64,000 nt of DNA from Felis catus (taxonomy: Eukaryota): NCBI RefSeq assembly GCF_018350175.1, contig NC_058368.1, positions 160,148,001 to 160,212,000 on the forward strand, read 5' to 3'. Shown here piece after piece: positions 50,800-62,512 of the stretch. Each line of letters opens with the position of its first letter. Positions within the stretch are counted from its first letter, which is position 1. The notes beneath the pieces were generated by a model that saw only the letters and a list, made by a program, of their open reading frames with translations, was not told where the DNA came from and ran no database searches. The position numbers and the translations under genes are program-made.

Positions 50800-51870
50800 T
50801 AATTGGAACCAAGGATTGGAAGGGGTACTGGGACTGAATTGCTTACTTAGTTCAAGAGAACCTTCTTGCTACGGGGCATGGGACATGGGTAATTTTTTGC
50901 ATACAATAGCAACATGACCATCTCAATATTCATAGCAGTGGCATGGGATTAGGTATAGGTAGAGGGCAAGGTATTGAAAGATCAACTGTGAATTTAGCTG
51001 CTATCATGGGAATCATGATTTTAAAAATTAGGGTCCTAGAGAGTGCATACAGGGAAATGAAGAATTTTAAAGCTTAGAATATGTATAGAAAAGCCAAACA
51101 GCCCCAAAGGCTATTTAGGAGTGCTATCTATCTTATTGCGGCAGGGCAGATACAACTGACAAAGTAATGGACCTAGCTGTAAGAGGTACAGAAATTGAGC
51201 CCCAATTAAATGTTCAGCATTGCCAAGTCTATTAGCTGAGGTAATAACAATAAAGGAGAAGCATGGGGACATAGAAATATGGGAAAGAGTCATTTGGGCA
51301 GACATAGACAAGGGTGACCCAAATCACCCTGAACCTCTTATGCTGGCAAACGCAGAATCTCTCCTTAATCTGTAAGAACCTGCCTCACCCCATATAAAAG
51401 ATTTTTGATGGCAATATCTGTTGCCTCCCAAGGAGATGCTCAGTAACACAGGACTTCCCCTCACCAAGGCTGACCCAACCAATGCCACTGGTGTACAGTA
51501 CCCATCCTGGACTATTCTCTAGGGTACAAGCCAGTTACCTGATAGAAGCCTGATTGCATGATACCTTGCATGTTCATCATGGAGGGGACAAAACTTAGTC
51601 TTTCATGATCTGGGTATGGATTTGTATTTCTTGCCCAAGTGCTTCTGCTAACACCACTATTAGTGCATTTATAGGATAGCTTAGCCATTGCCTTAGCCAT
51701 TCTTCATGACATTGCCTCTGATCAGAGGACTCATTTGACAAGAAAGGAAGTGTAATAATGGGTTAATTTTTGTGGAATTAATTGTTTTATCATGTGCCCC
51801 ATTGAATAGAAGCAGCCAGATTATACATGGAGGAATGACTTGCTGAAGCTTAGTTAAAATTTCAGTTGGG
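50800..51870 (+). mobile_element. ERVL internal remnant including an integrase core fragment
   Basis: 51609-51848 translates through stops and frameshifts to SGYGFVFLA..ASANTTI...IASDQRTHLTRKEV**WVNFCGIN..YHVPH*IEAARL...NDLLK, matching ERV-L integrase SGYGFA.PA..ASA.TTI...IASDQGTHFTAKEV.QWA..HGIHWSYHVPHHPEAAGLIERWNGLLK. Confidence 0.85.
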
Positions 51871-52614
51871 AAGTAATAATTGTCAGAGAAATGAGTCCTA
51901 TAATACTGTTTTATCCTTTATGATTTTCCTATACCTCAACTTTTATGAAATTTTCTTCCATTTATCAAGTAGGTCCATTTTTACTCTTATTTTCTGCCCC
52001 TCTGTATATAACCTGATTTGTAACTGATCAGTTGAAGTCAGGGTGCATTTCTTGGGATTTATGGAACTAAACAGATAAAGGGATAGTTGTGAAAGGTTTG
52101 GCACTTTAGCTGTAGAATGTTGCTAGTAATTAAGAAGGTACTTGTATGACAGCCCAAAATTTAATCTGAGAGGTTAAATTCAACTGTAAATGGAGCAAAC
52201 TGTTTTTTTCCAAATGTTGTATCTTCGTTATTTTGGCAACAGAAATTTTTTTAAAAACAAAATTCAGATACTTTAAAACTATAGATGTGGCCTCAGTGGG
52301 CGAGAAAAATAAATAACTGGAGACTCTACAGATATTAGCCCCTATTCAGAGACAGGTTAAGTAGCCTCTCTGAAGTCTGTTTGGCATGGTTCTTTGCTAA
52401 ATCTTGGTTTCATTTGTCTAAAAAGGAACATCTTGGAAGGGGTTTTAAATGCCTATGTCCCAAATAGCAAACTCCATATAGGAATCATACAATTTTCCTC
52501 CTATTGGTGGTGGAGGTTTGGGAGGGAGTTGAGTCGCTTGGTGACACAGATTTGTAAAGCTAAACATCCTAGGCTTCAGGTTAGGCTAAAGGTTACTTGA
52601 AGGTTAATTTAAAA

Positions 52615-52830
52615 TTTATTTTTATTTTTATTTATTTATTTTTTTCAATATATGAAGTTTATTGTCAAATTGGTTTCCATAAAACACCCAATGCTCATCC
52701 CAACAGGTGCCCTCCTCAATACCCATCACCCACCCTCCCCTCCCTCCCACCGCCCATCAATCCTCAGTTTGTTCTCAGTTTTTAAGAGTCTCTTATGCTT
52801 TGGCTCTCTTCCACTCTAACCTCTTTTTTT
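52615..52830 (-). mobile_element. Short 5'-truncated felid L1 3' end
   Basis: T-rich tail then tttattgtcaaattggtttccataaaacaccca...cctcagtttgttctcagtttttaagagtctctta; TSD ttaatttaaaa at 52604-52614 and 52831-52841. Confidence 0.88.
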
Positions 52831-52854
52831 TTAATTTAAAAATTAATAATTTTT

Positions 52855-53079
52855 AAAAAAAATTTTTTTTAACATTTATTTATTTTTGGGACAGAGAGAG
52901 ACAGAGCATGAACGGGGGAGGGGCAGAGAGAGAGGGAGTCACAGAATCGGAAGCAGGCTCCAGGCTCTGAGCCATCAGCCCAGAGCCCGAGCCCGAGGCA
53001 GGGCTCGAACTCACGGACCGCGAGATCGTGACCTGGCTGAAGTCGGACGCCCAACCGACTGCGCCACCCAGGCGCCCCC
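52855..53079 (-). mobile_element. Young felid CanSINE with a 6-bp internal duplication (gagccc)
   Basis: CpG-rich complete element; cagagcccgagcccgaggcaggg at ~52981-53003. Confidence 0.96.
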
Positions 53080-53191
53080 TTTTTTTTTTTTTTAATTTTT
53101 TTTTTCAACATTTATTTATTTTTGGGACAGAGAGAGACAGAGCATGAACGGGGGAGGGGCAGAAAGAGAGAGAGACACAGAATCGGAAACA
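53080..53191 (-). mobile_element. 5'-truncated young CanSINE (3' half only)
   Basis: Tail plus body ending at cagaatcggaaaca, then TSD taaaaattaataattttt (53192-53209), which matches 52837-52854. Confidence 0.93.
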
Positions 53192-54124
53192 TAAAAATTA
53201 ATAATTTTTTAAACTTAGTGCTGAATCATATGTTCTGGCCCAGTACTCCAGAATCCAGACAATTGTGTTGAATTCTGTTTATGTCTCTTAATAGCTACAC
53301 CCATTTTTCTGGTTCTATCCCTTTTGATAGAGTTTTTAATGTTGAATTGTATTCCACAATCCTGAAAATTATAATTTTGAAAACCTATCTAATAATTTGT
53401 GATGATTCTACAAACTTTGTTGACATACAGTTAGGCTGAATCTGTTCATAGCTACCCTTTTACATACATAAACTTGAAATGCCTGACCACTAATGGTGAA
53501 AGCCTAGAGGTATTAAAGGGCAAATTGTACTTATAGCCCTAGACAGAGATCAACACATTCATTGTATATACCAGCAGAAGTTTGCACCTCCTAGAAATCA
53601 CATACTTTCCTGATCATATTTTACCAGAGGCTATTCTTGCAGCTCATATTTTAGAGATTTTAGCAAGTCATTGACTTGTAACTTTATATTTATATTCTTT
53701 TGAACTAAACTGATGCCAGATAGAGTATGGATAAAGGCCCAAATCAAGAGGCTCCAACAGTCTATGAACAGTATATGTCTTAGTGCAAGGTTCTGATGCC
53801 ATGCATCAGGCCCTGTAAGTCCCATGGAACCACTTGGGGTTTTTCACAGACATTATGTGCATATTCCTCTCTCCATTTATCCCGAAGTACCCTTCTCTTT
53901 TTATCCTTCGTTTTTCAGGTCCCATCCCATGGAAAGCATTCCCCAGTGTCTCAAGCCTATGGCAGGTTTTCATCTAATGTGCATTTACAGTGTGCATCCA
54001 CTGTTTATTTTGCAGTTGACTCTTCCCTCCACTAAATTATATGCTCCTTGAAAGAAGGAACTGTAATTATTTATAATTGTGTTCATAGTAGTAGCTTAAT
54101 GCTTATGAATATGATCTTTGCTAT

Positions 54125-54340
54125 CTGTGAAACCTGAGTTCAAGTTCCAATTTGCCATTCATAATTTGTGTTGCCCTGGATGAACTATTTGGACTCTGTG
54201 AGCCTTAGTGTCTTCATTTGAGAGATATGAAAAATAGAATTACCTAATACAAGTATTTTGAAAATGAAATTGTATATATACAAAACCCTTAGCTTAGACC
54301 CTGGAGGATATGCATACTAAATAATAATTATAAAGTATTA
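54125..54340 (+). mobile_element. MIR fragment
   Basis: acctgagttcaagttccaatttgccattcataatttgtgttgccctggatgaactatttggactctgtgagccttagtgtcttcattt. Confidence 0.7.
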
Positions 54341-56698
54341 CTAACAGATGTAGAATAAATCTTTAAGTTCCCATACATACCTGTTGAACTTGAATGCTTA
54401 ACAAAAATGGAACCATATAATTATTTTGAATTATTGGCTCACAGAAAAAAAGTGTTGCTCATCAAGCAAGTAAAAATTAAGGGCAATGAACAAGATCTGA
54501 CAATTAGTTTTCATTACCGTGCCATTGCAAACATTACCCTACCGCCCACACACATATTATTATGTTTGAATAAGTTATAATATTACTATGAAAATGTCTT
54601 CAAAATACTGAAATTGAGAATTATTGTAACAGTTAGTTTGCCCTGATTGATAAGAATATTGTTGAAAGAATAAAGTTCAAGCTCACTTTTATGACACAAC
54701 AAGTTTTTCATGATCTTTCTTTTTTCTTTCCTAACCTAGCTTTCTGTGAGCTCCATTCCATATTTTTAGATTCTTGTCATATGCAGTTTTATCACAAATG
54801 CACTCATACAATAGTTTCCATTCCTCCCATTTTCCATAGTAGACACTCAATACTCTTTCAACATTCAGATCATAAGGCATTTTGCTGATAAAACTTTTCC
54901 AATAATCTAGTGTATAATTTACCTTTTTATTTTTTGTGTTCCCACCATACCCTATAGATTTCATGGCACATTTCTTCATATGGATGTGTCTTCCTGTAAA
55001 CCACATGAGGGAAGACTCAGGTATTATAGCAAATGCTTATATCAAAGCAAAGCAGCAAATGGCATCGTATTCTAAGCATATTTAAGAGATATTAGTAACT
55101 GTAATGCTTATATCTCAATTCCACTTGTTCTCCATGACATTAATAAACATCTATTTGTTTTTCAAATTTTCAGAAGAATTCTTAGGTTCTTAAGTGTACA
55201 TTTGTATATGTAGATCAATGTACTTGACTTACATGATCTGGGAAGAGACTCTTTACAGGAATCAGGAAAACATGCTTATAATATTCAGGGATATTTTACC
55301 TTAATGGAGTTCTTATTTTCTCTTAAACACAATCAGTACGTTGCCCAGAGGAGTAAAATAATAACATATGAGAGCAGTGAAAATAAAGACAAGATTTCCA
55401 TACAAAGCAAACTGGACAGTATCCAATTTGTATATAAAATGAACTTCTATAATTTGGTCAATATAAAAACACTGAATTTAAATTTAGTACCATTATTTAA
55501 GTCAAATCAGACCAATAAGTCTACTCTTCTGAGTTCAAACTCAGATGAATACTGCCTGAGTGAGGTCAGTTGCAGGGCTAGAATTTACTGTATCCATTGT
55601 GCTCAGCATGAGACGAAACAAAATGGAAACTTGTGTTGGCCTATTTTGGCTGCTCCTTGTTTGACCTACGTTTGGGATGCAGACTCCTTCTCATTCTTCT
55701 GCTCTCTCTTATCTGTCCTTTTTGTCCTGATTGTACGAGGGAAGCTGGGTTACGGCTGACCTTCCTAAAGCAGTCATATAATCTCTCCCTGCTCTTCCCC
55801 TGCCAAGGAATTGTTCAGATATATAGATTGAGACGCGAATGGAAGTTCAGCCTCTATTCGTTAGAAATGTGATATTATACAAGTTTCTTAAACTCCCTGA
55901 AGCACAGTTTCTGCCTTTGCTAAATGAGATTCCATGTGTTCACAGGATGTTTGTGAGAAGTGGTAGAATGCATATGAAAGCAGTAAATAAATTGCCACAC
56001 ACTATGCAAAAGTGAGTTTAGTGTTGTAAATCTGTGCTACATTGGGAGTGCCAGTAGGCAGGGAATGTTTTATCTTGAACTCTCCAGTATTTTTCTTTTA
56101 AGGCTGGTGTTGGTAGAAAAGAGTGTTCTGTTACCACCTGTTGAGAGGTAGAATGTGAACATGGGGACATATCATGTTCCGGTCCATTCACTAGACAATG
56201 TTAGGAGTAATTGTCTGTAAAACCCGGTCTTCTATGTAGTTGAGGGTTTCATCTTTTGTCTTAGTACTTTAAAAATATTCTTGATGGAAATTGTTTAAAA
56301 ATATATTTAATAGTGAAGGAACTAATGAAGAAGGATAGGTGGATTATTTATTGTGAACAGAAGAAAACATAAAATATATTCTGGCTCTACCTTATTGCCT
56401 TATAAAGAGCATAATCCCCATAATTTTCCATTTTATTAGTAATTTGGGGGCATCACTATGCATATTAACACTATAATGACTTCAGGGAATATGCTGCATA
56501 TTGGGTTATTTGCCTTTATATCACATAACTCCAAATTGCATATTTTGAGATTTGATTGTTTTATAATTTTTATTTCCTCCTCTGCTGTCTCTTCCCTTCA
56601 GTATGGAGTAATACTTATATAGCCCTGTTTTTTGTTTTGTTTTGTTTTGTTTTGTTTTGCTTATTTGATGATTTCTCATAGCAGTCAAGAGAGAGCCA

Positions 56699-56939
56699 GG
56701 GTGCCTGGGTGGCTCAGTTGGTTAAGCATCCACTTTGACTCAGGTCATGATCTCTTGGGTTCTTGGGTTCAAGCCCCGCATCAGGCTCTGCACAAATAGT
56801 GCACTATTTGTGCAGAGCCTGCTTGGGATTCTCTCTCCCTCTCTCTCTGTCCCTCTCCCACTCGCTCTCTCTCTCTGTCTCAAAGTAGAAAACAAACAAA
56901 CAAATAAATAAGTAAATAAATAAAACTTAAAAAAGAAAA
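56699..56939 (+). mobile_element. CanSINE (older subfamily) carrying a perfect 40-bp palindrome
   Basis: Perfect 16-bp TSD agtcaagagagagcca at 56683-56698 and 56940-56955. Confidence 0.96.
56782..56821. repeat. Perfect spacerless 40-bp palindrome
   Basis: caggctctgcacaaatagtg|cactatttgtgcagagcctg; the second 20-mer is the exact reverse complement of the first. Confidence 0.98.
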
Positions 56940-57462
56940 AGTCAAGAGAGAGCCAATGTATTCCAAATAAGGCCATCTCTCTATAGGCCTCTCTCAGAAG
57001 AAGCCCAGTGGGCATTCCAGGACTCAGAACTGCAGAGAGTCCTCAAACTTCCCCGAACCCCATAAGATACTCAAAAACTTTTCCCCAGAGTGTGCCTCAG
57101 GATAGTCAGGATTAATAATCAGGACTAGAAGCCAAGGGTTTTCAGGTTATCACTCATTTCCTACACTTTAATCCTTTTTGTCCAGGATATGTACTTTTTG
57201 GTCCCATTTCTCACTTCTGAATCTCCTCTAATGTGTCTTCTGCAAGTCATGCTCAGTGAAAAGGCAAAGACTATCTGGGACTGAAAGAGTGAATATCAGC
57301 TCAGACTGAAAAGCATCCCTACCAGTCATTAGGCTGGAAGGTCAGACAGGGATAAAGGCAGCTACAAAGTTAATAGGATGCAGCATTTCTGCAGAGTTCA
57401 TGCACCAACTGTCAAATGTCCCCTCTTTGAGTGATTATTACGTTCTAGACCCACTTTGCTAT

Positions 57463-57774
57463 ACTGTTATTGGAGACAACAATTTGCTAAACCACCCTCC
57501 TTCATGACAGCATTTAATCCCTAGTTCAGTCTTTTCCCAATTTTACCTCAGAAATAGCAACCAATCCAGAACTGATCCTTGCTTCCCTTAGATGCTCCTC
57601 AGAATCCTTCAGCAGGAATCCAACCCATATAAAGCATGCTTTCCCCTTCCCTCTTGTTGAAAACTGAATTCCATGATTCCTCTGGAGTACCTTTCTTCTT
57701 GTGAAGTCAGTAAATTTTATTTTATCAGACTGCAGGTTTGTCCCTCATGGTCTTTGGCTGAGTAGAGTGTAACA
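57463..57774 (+). mobile_element. Probable old ERV1-type solo LTR
   Basis: TGTTA...TAACA inverted termini, ccaat, catataaa and agtaaa in LTR order; family not identified. Confidence 0.5.
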
Positions 57775-57990
57775 CCGGTTACTGGAACATCCCCTTTATC
57801 ACTAATCTCTTTTCTGAACATAACATTAATATCATGTTCTAACTGGATCTGGGCCCTTCTTCCCCTGCAGCCCTCCTCAAAGTAAGAGCTATATTTTCCT
57901 CATGTGTCTTATAACACTGGGCCTGCAGGTGACTATATGTCCTCTTGGCTGATTTCAGGTCATCCTTCTCCTTTCAAACACTCAGTTTTA

Positions 57991-58214
57991 GGGGTGTCTG
58001 GGTGGCTCAGTCAGTTAAGTGTCCAACTTTGGCTCAGGTCATGATCTCCTGGCTTGGGAGTTCGAGCCCCGCATTGGGCTCTATCCTGACAGCTCAGATA
58101 GGATGCTGAGGATCGGGGCCTGCTTCCGATTCTGTGTCTCCCTCTCTCTCTGCCCCTACCCTGCTCTTGCTCTATCTCCCTCTATCTCAAAAATAAATAA
58201 ACATTAAAAAAATA
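57991..58214 (+). mobile_element. CanSINE with altered middle segment
   Basis: TSD aaacactca(a)gtttta at 57976-57990 and 58215-58230. Confidence 0.95.
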
Positions 58215-58869
58215 AAACACTCAAGTTTTAAATCTTATTTCACCAGATTATATTACTGCCCCCTACTCACCTTGTTGTATTGCCATCATCTCCCTCACCC
58301 CTACTTATTCCCTGAAATTTTAGCTCTTGTCTTATTGACACTCTACAACAATACAGTTGTTACAATTCCTGGTAATGTTAACATCTGTATAGATGATACT
58401 TCCAATACCCTGGTCCCTCAGTTCCTTGACTTATTCTTCTCTTATGACTTTTGTCTTCAGCCATCCCTAAATGATTCACTCCCACTGACGTGTTTTAGAT
58501 GCTGTTAGTACACATAACTTAATTCCTCCATAATCTCAATTTCAACCCTCTGCTCCCTGAATACCATCTTCTTTTTCCTTATGCTCTTGACTGTCCAACT
58601 CCCATAATTTTTCAATCCTACTGGGTGTAATTCTACCAGCATTTAAGAGCCTGTAACCACCTTTGTGATTTCACTTTCCTCATTTTTTGCCTTAGGTCTT
58701 GTCCTTTATTATTATAATAACTTCTTATATGATCAGGAAAAGCAAAAGAATGTTGTTTAATCCAACTCTGCCCCTACTCTATGTCTGCATGACTGAACCT
58801 GACTGGAGAAGAACACAAAATCATGCTGTCTGATTTCATTTCATTTTATAATTTTTGCTTGACAAATTG

Positions 58870-59505
58870 TGTTTTTTATTGTGACACAACATACATAACA
58901 TAAAATTTACCATTCTAACCGTTTTGAAGTATACAATTCATTGGCATAAGTGCATTTGCATTGTTGTAGAGCCATCATCACCATCCATCTCCAGAGCTTC
59001 TTCATCTTCCCAAACTAGGACTCTTCATCTAGGATAAATCTTCACTCCTCACTCTCCAATCCCCTGGCAACCACCAGTCTACTTTCTGTCTCTATGAATC
59101 TGACTGCTCCTGGCACCTCAGGTAAGTGGAATCATACAATATTTTTCCTTTTGTGACTGGCTTATTTTGCTTAGTATAAAGTCTTCAAGATTTGCCCATG
59201 CTGTTGCATACGTCAAGAGTTTATTCTTTTCTTTTTAATGTTTATTTATTTTTGAGAGGGGGAGAGAGAGAGAGATTGTAAGCACAAATGGGTGAGGGGT
59301 AGAGAAAAGGGGGGAAGAGGAACAGAAGCAGGCTCTTCACTGACGACAGAGAGCTTGATGTAGGGCCTGAACCCATGAACCCTGAGATCATGACCTGAGC
59401 TGAAATTAAAGTTGGATGCTTAACGGAATAAGCCATCCAGGTGTCCCTAGAATTTCATTCTTTTTTAAGGCTGTATGTATATACCATATTTTGTCTATCT
59501 ATTCA
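58870..59505 (-). mobile_element. L1MA/L1MB-like 3' end interrupted by a SINE
   Basis: acataacataaaatttaccattctaaccgttttgaagtatacaattca...ccctggcaaccaccagtctactttctgtctctatgaat...gtggaatcatacaatattt. Confidence 0.85.
59232..59447 (-). mobile_element. CanSINE (older)
   Basis: Head aagccatccaggtgtccc; degenerate TSD agagtttattctttt / agaatttcattctttt. Confidence 0.92.
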
Positions 59506-59976
59506 AGATTTTATTTTAAATTTATGATCACTTATTTCCTGTAAGCCTCCATGATGCTAGATTGTTTTTACTCTGTTCACACGTTTATTATACTCTCTCT
59601 CTTAGACTGTTATTTCATACCTTATTCTAGTTTCTCAAACCCATAAGACTTTACTCTTAGCTATTGATCTTGCTTTCTATATTACTGAGAAAGTAGAAGC
59701 AATCAAGAGAGAATGTTTGTCAGATCCCATTGCCATATCTACCAATGAAACTTTGCACCAATATACACTGTCTTTCCCCCTCTCATGATCATCTATTTTG
59801 CGCCAGCTTACATTCCTTTTTATCATTACTCAAGGTCATTGCTATGACAGTTGTCCTCTCTTTTGCCTACATCATCAGATTTCCTCATGGATTTGACCTT
59901 TTCCATCAGTATACAATATGTTAGAACTTCTTCCATCTTAAAACAACAAAACCCTTCCTAGTATTTTTCTTTCCTA

Positions 59977-60050
59977 TGAACCCACAAACCGTGAGATCAT
60001 GACATGAGCTGAAGTCAGATGCCCAACTGACTGAGCCACCAAGGTGCCCC
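59977..60050 (-). mobile_element. CanSINE head only (3' part missing)
   Basis: tgaacccacaaaccgtgagatcatgacatgagctgaagtcagatgcccaactgactgagccaccaaggtgcccc; no body, tail or TSD. Confidence 0.9.
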
Positions 60051-61214
60051 TGCTTTAATTTCTTTTTTGAAATTCGTTCTAATATTTTGCTTCAACATCT
60101 CTTATCAAAGTCACTAATGATTTCCAAATTCTGAAATCCAATGTAAACTTCTCAGTCCTCACATTACGTGACCCATCTAAAACATTTCGTGCCTGTGATC
60201 TCTTCCTTTGCTTTGATGCACTTTTTCTTGCTTGGCTTCCTGGACAACTATTGCTCCTGACTTTTCTTCTATCCCACTGACCTTTTCTTATTAGTATTCT
60301 TTGCTGTTTTTTTTTTCCTTTCTCATTTCTCTGATTTCAAAATGATAGAGGGCCCAGGTCCTAGTCCTTAGTCCCCTTTTAATTTTGTGTTTAGTGCTTG
60401 AGTCTTCAAAATCTTAACCAGTCTCATGCATTGTATGTTAATAATAATCTGATGGCTACCAAATTTGTTTCGGATGGTCTTTTCTCTGAACTCCAGATTT
60501 ATGTATTTAGTTGACTGATTGAAATCTTTACTTACATATGTGATGGCTGTCTCAAACTCAGTGTGTTCCAAACTGAACTTCTCGTGTTGTTTTTTTTCCC
60601 CCCAAACCTACTGCTCTACTAGTCTTTCCCTTAATAAACTGCAATTGTATTCTTCTAATTGCTGAAATAAAAAAAAATATTGGAATCATCTTTGATTTTT
60701 CTTCTTCTTTTATAACCCACAACCATTCTGTCAAGAAATCTTACTATCTGTACCTTCACAATGTGACTATGCTCTGACCACCTTACATAGTTTCTTCCTT
60801 CACTTCCTGTATGTCTTTATTTAAACGTCACTTTCTCAGGCTAGGTCACATTGGACATTCACACCCAGACACAACAGTTTCTATTTTCCTTTCTTCTGGG
60901 CCATCATCACTAGTTAACAAACTGTACATTTTAGTTATGTACCTTTTACATTGCACATGAGAGTAAAGGCATTTGTTTTGTTTACTGTTGTAAACAAATA
61001 CTATTGTATTGTATCCTGAGTGCTTAGACCAATGCCTGACACATTTGCAATTTAATAAATAGTTGCTGGATGAGTGAAGGAGATATTAGTACTGAGAGTT
61101 AGGAAAAGCACAAGTTTTAGAGCTGTGTGTACAAGAACAAATAGGTCCTTGGTTATTATCTCCATGGTTCTCCTATGAGTAAAATTTTAGTTTTATGAAG
61201 TAGCAGTTTAATAA

Positions 61215-61410
61215 CAATAATAACAACTAAGTACTTATTATGTGCAGAAGCCATCCCACATGCTTTATTCACTTCTTATTTAAGCCACACAACCATAAGA
61301 AATAGATATCATTATCTCTGTTATAGGCAAAGCAGCTTGTTCAGAATCACCTTGCTAGCGAGTGATTATGCTGAGATTCAAAATGAGTTTCATCTGACTC
61401 CAGAGCTCAA
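61215..61410 (-). mobile_element. MIR fragment
   Basis: aagtacttattatgtgc...acaaccataagaaatagatatcattatctctgtta...ctgagattcaaaatgagtttcatctgactccagagc. Confidence 0.7.
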
Positions 61411-61589
61411 TTTTTTTTCCCCCACTATAACACATGGCCTACTTTTTGGCTCTTGGCTGGTGTTTTGGTTAATGGGGTATTAATGTGGGCAATAAATTTA
61501 TCAGAATTTTGTTTATTATGTGAATTTAAGTATAATGCAGTTTTAATATTTTCTGTATTTGTGGGAGATCTGAATAGTCAAAATGTAGG

Positions 61590-62074
61590 GCAAACATTGT
61601 TTTTATTTTTAATTGAAAATTAAATTTTGTGCTGTGTCAAAATCTGCATGCATTTAATAGTAGAAATGGATATGCTTGATCTTTTTTGGTGTATTATTTG
61701 GTTATTAAAAATGGAATTTTATTTGGTTTGACTATTTCTCTTGCATTTAAGAGACTATAAAAAGGCTCTCCTGCAGCTAATTTAAAAATAACAGCAAATT
61801 CTCAGGGATGTAATGCAAATATCTGCTGGGAGGCAAAGCCTGTTTCATTTTATTTATTTATTTCTGCATTCATTACATTGATTACACTGCAGTCGGATTC
61901 AGGGACCCTAACAATGGAAGAGAAAAATGGATTGGTACATGTGAGAGAAAATTAGTGGGCTATTTGTCCTGCATTTGGACAAAACATTGTGATTTTTGTT
62001 TTGAGTTTTATAAATCATTCATTTTGGGACTGTGATAAGCAGCATTGATAGCACTCAATTTTCCCAAGGTAAGT
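61590..62074 (+). promoter_or_regulatory. Candidate enhancer or alternative promoter/first exon (unverified)
   Basis: No recognisable repeat; three Sox motifs, octamer ATGCAAAT, TATAAAAA at 61756-61763 and a consensus donor AAG|GTAAGT at 62066-62074. Confidence 0.3.
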
Positions 62075-62512
62075 TGGAGCATTTTCTTTTCTTTTGTCAC
62101 ATTTTTGGTTATGGGATAAAAACGTGTTGTTAAATTAATCTACTTTCATGTATAAAACTTCCTTTCTTAGATCAAAGAAGATGTTCATTGTCAATTATAC
62201 ATACTTGAGTGACTGGTTTAGGCATTGGAAGAACTGATTCCTAGCTCCAACTTTTACATTTTCTTAATCTCTGTGCCTTGATTTTTTTCTTCTGAAAACT
62301 CAGAGTAATCCTTATCCTGTTTATTTAATGGGCACATTGAAACCTTCATTAGGTAATTTATGAAAAATTACTTTGTAAGTTGGAATCCCTATGTAAATGT
62401 AAAATGATAGTGGTTTTGTTACTATTCTATGGCTTAAAAGCATTACCAAATGTTTATCAACTTTATACTGTCTCCAAAGTTAAGGGTTTTGAATTGTAGC
62501 ATTCACTTTTTA

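Larger units (their letters stand above)
57790..61078 (+). mobile_element. Long, internally deleted L2 remnant interrupted by SINEs and an L1
   Basis: ORF 58272-58508 contains IPGNVNICIDDTSNTLVPQFLDL, resembling L2 endonuclease ILGDFNIHVDDPSNTLASQFLDL; L2 3' end tgcttagaccaatgcctgacacat...aataaatagttgctggatgagtgaa at ~61020-61078. Confidence 0.8.

Noticed and set aside
55304..55759. 151-aa ORF
   Set aside because: AT-rich, no recognisable motif, no credible flanking splice sites or processed-pseudogene tail/TSD; consistent with a chance ORF.
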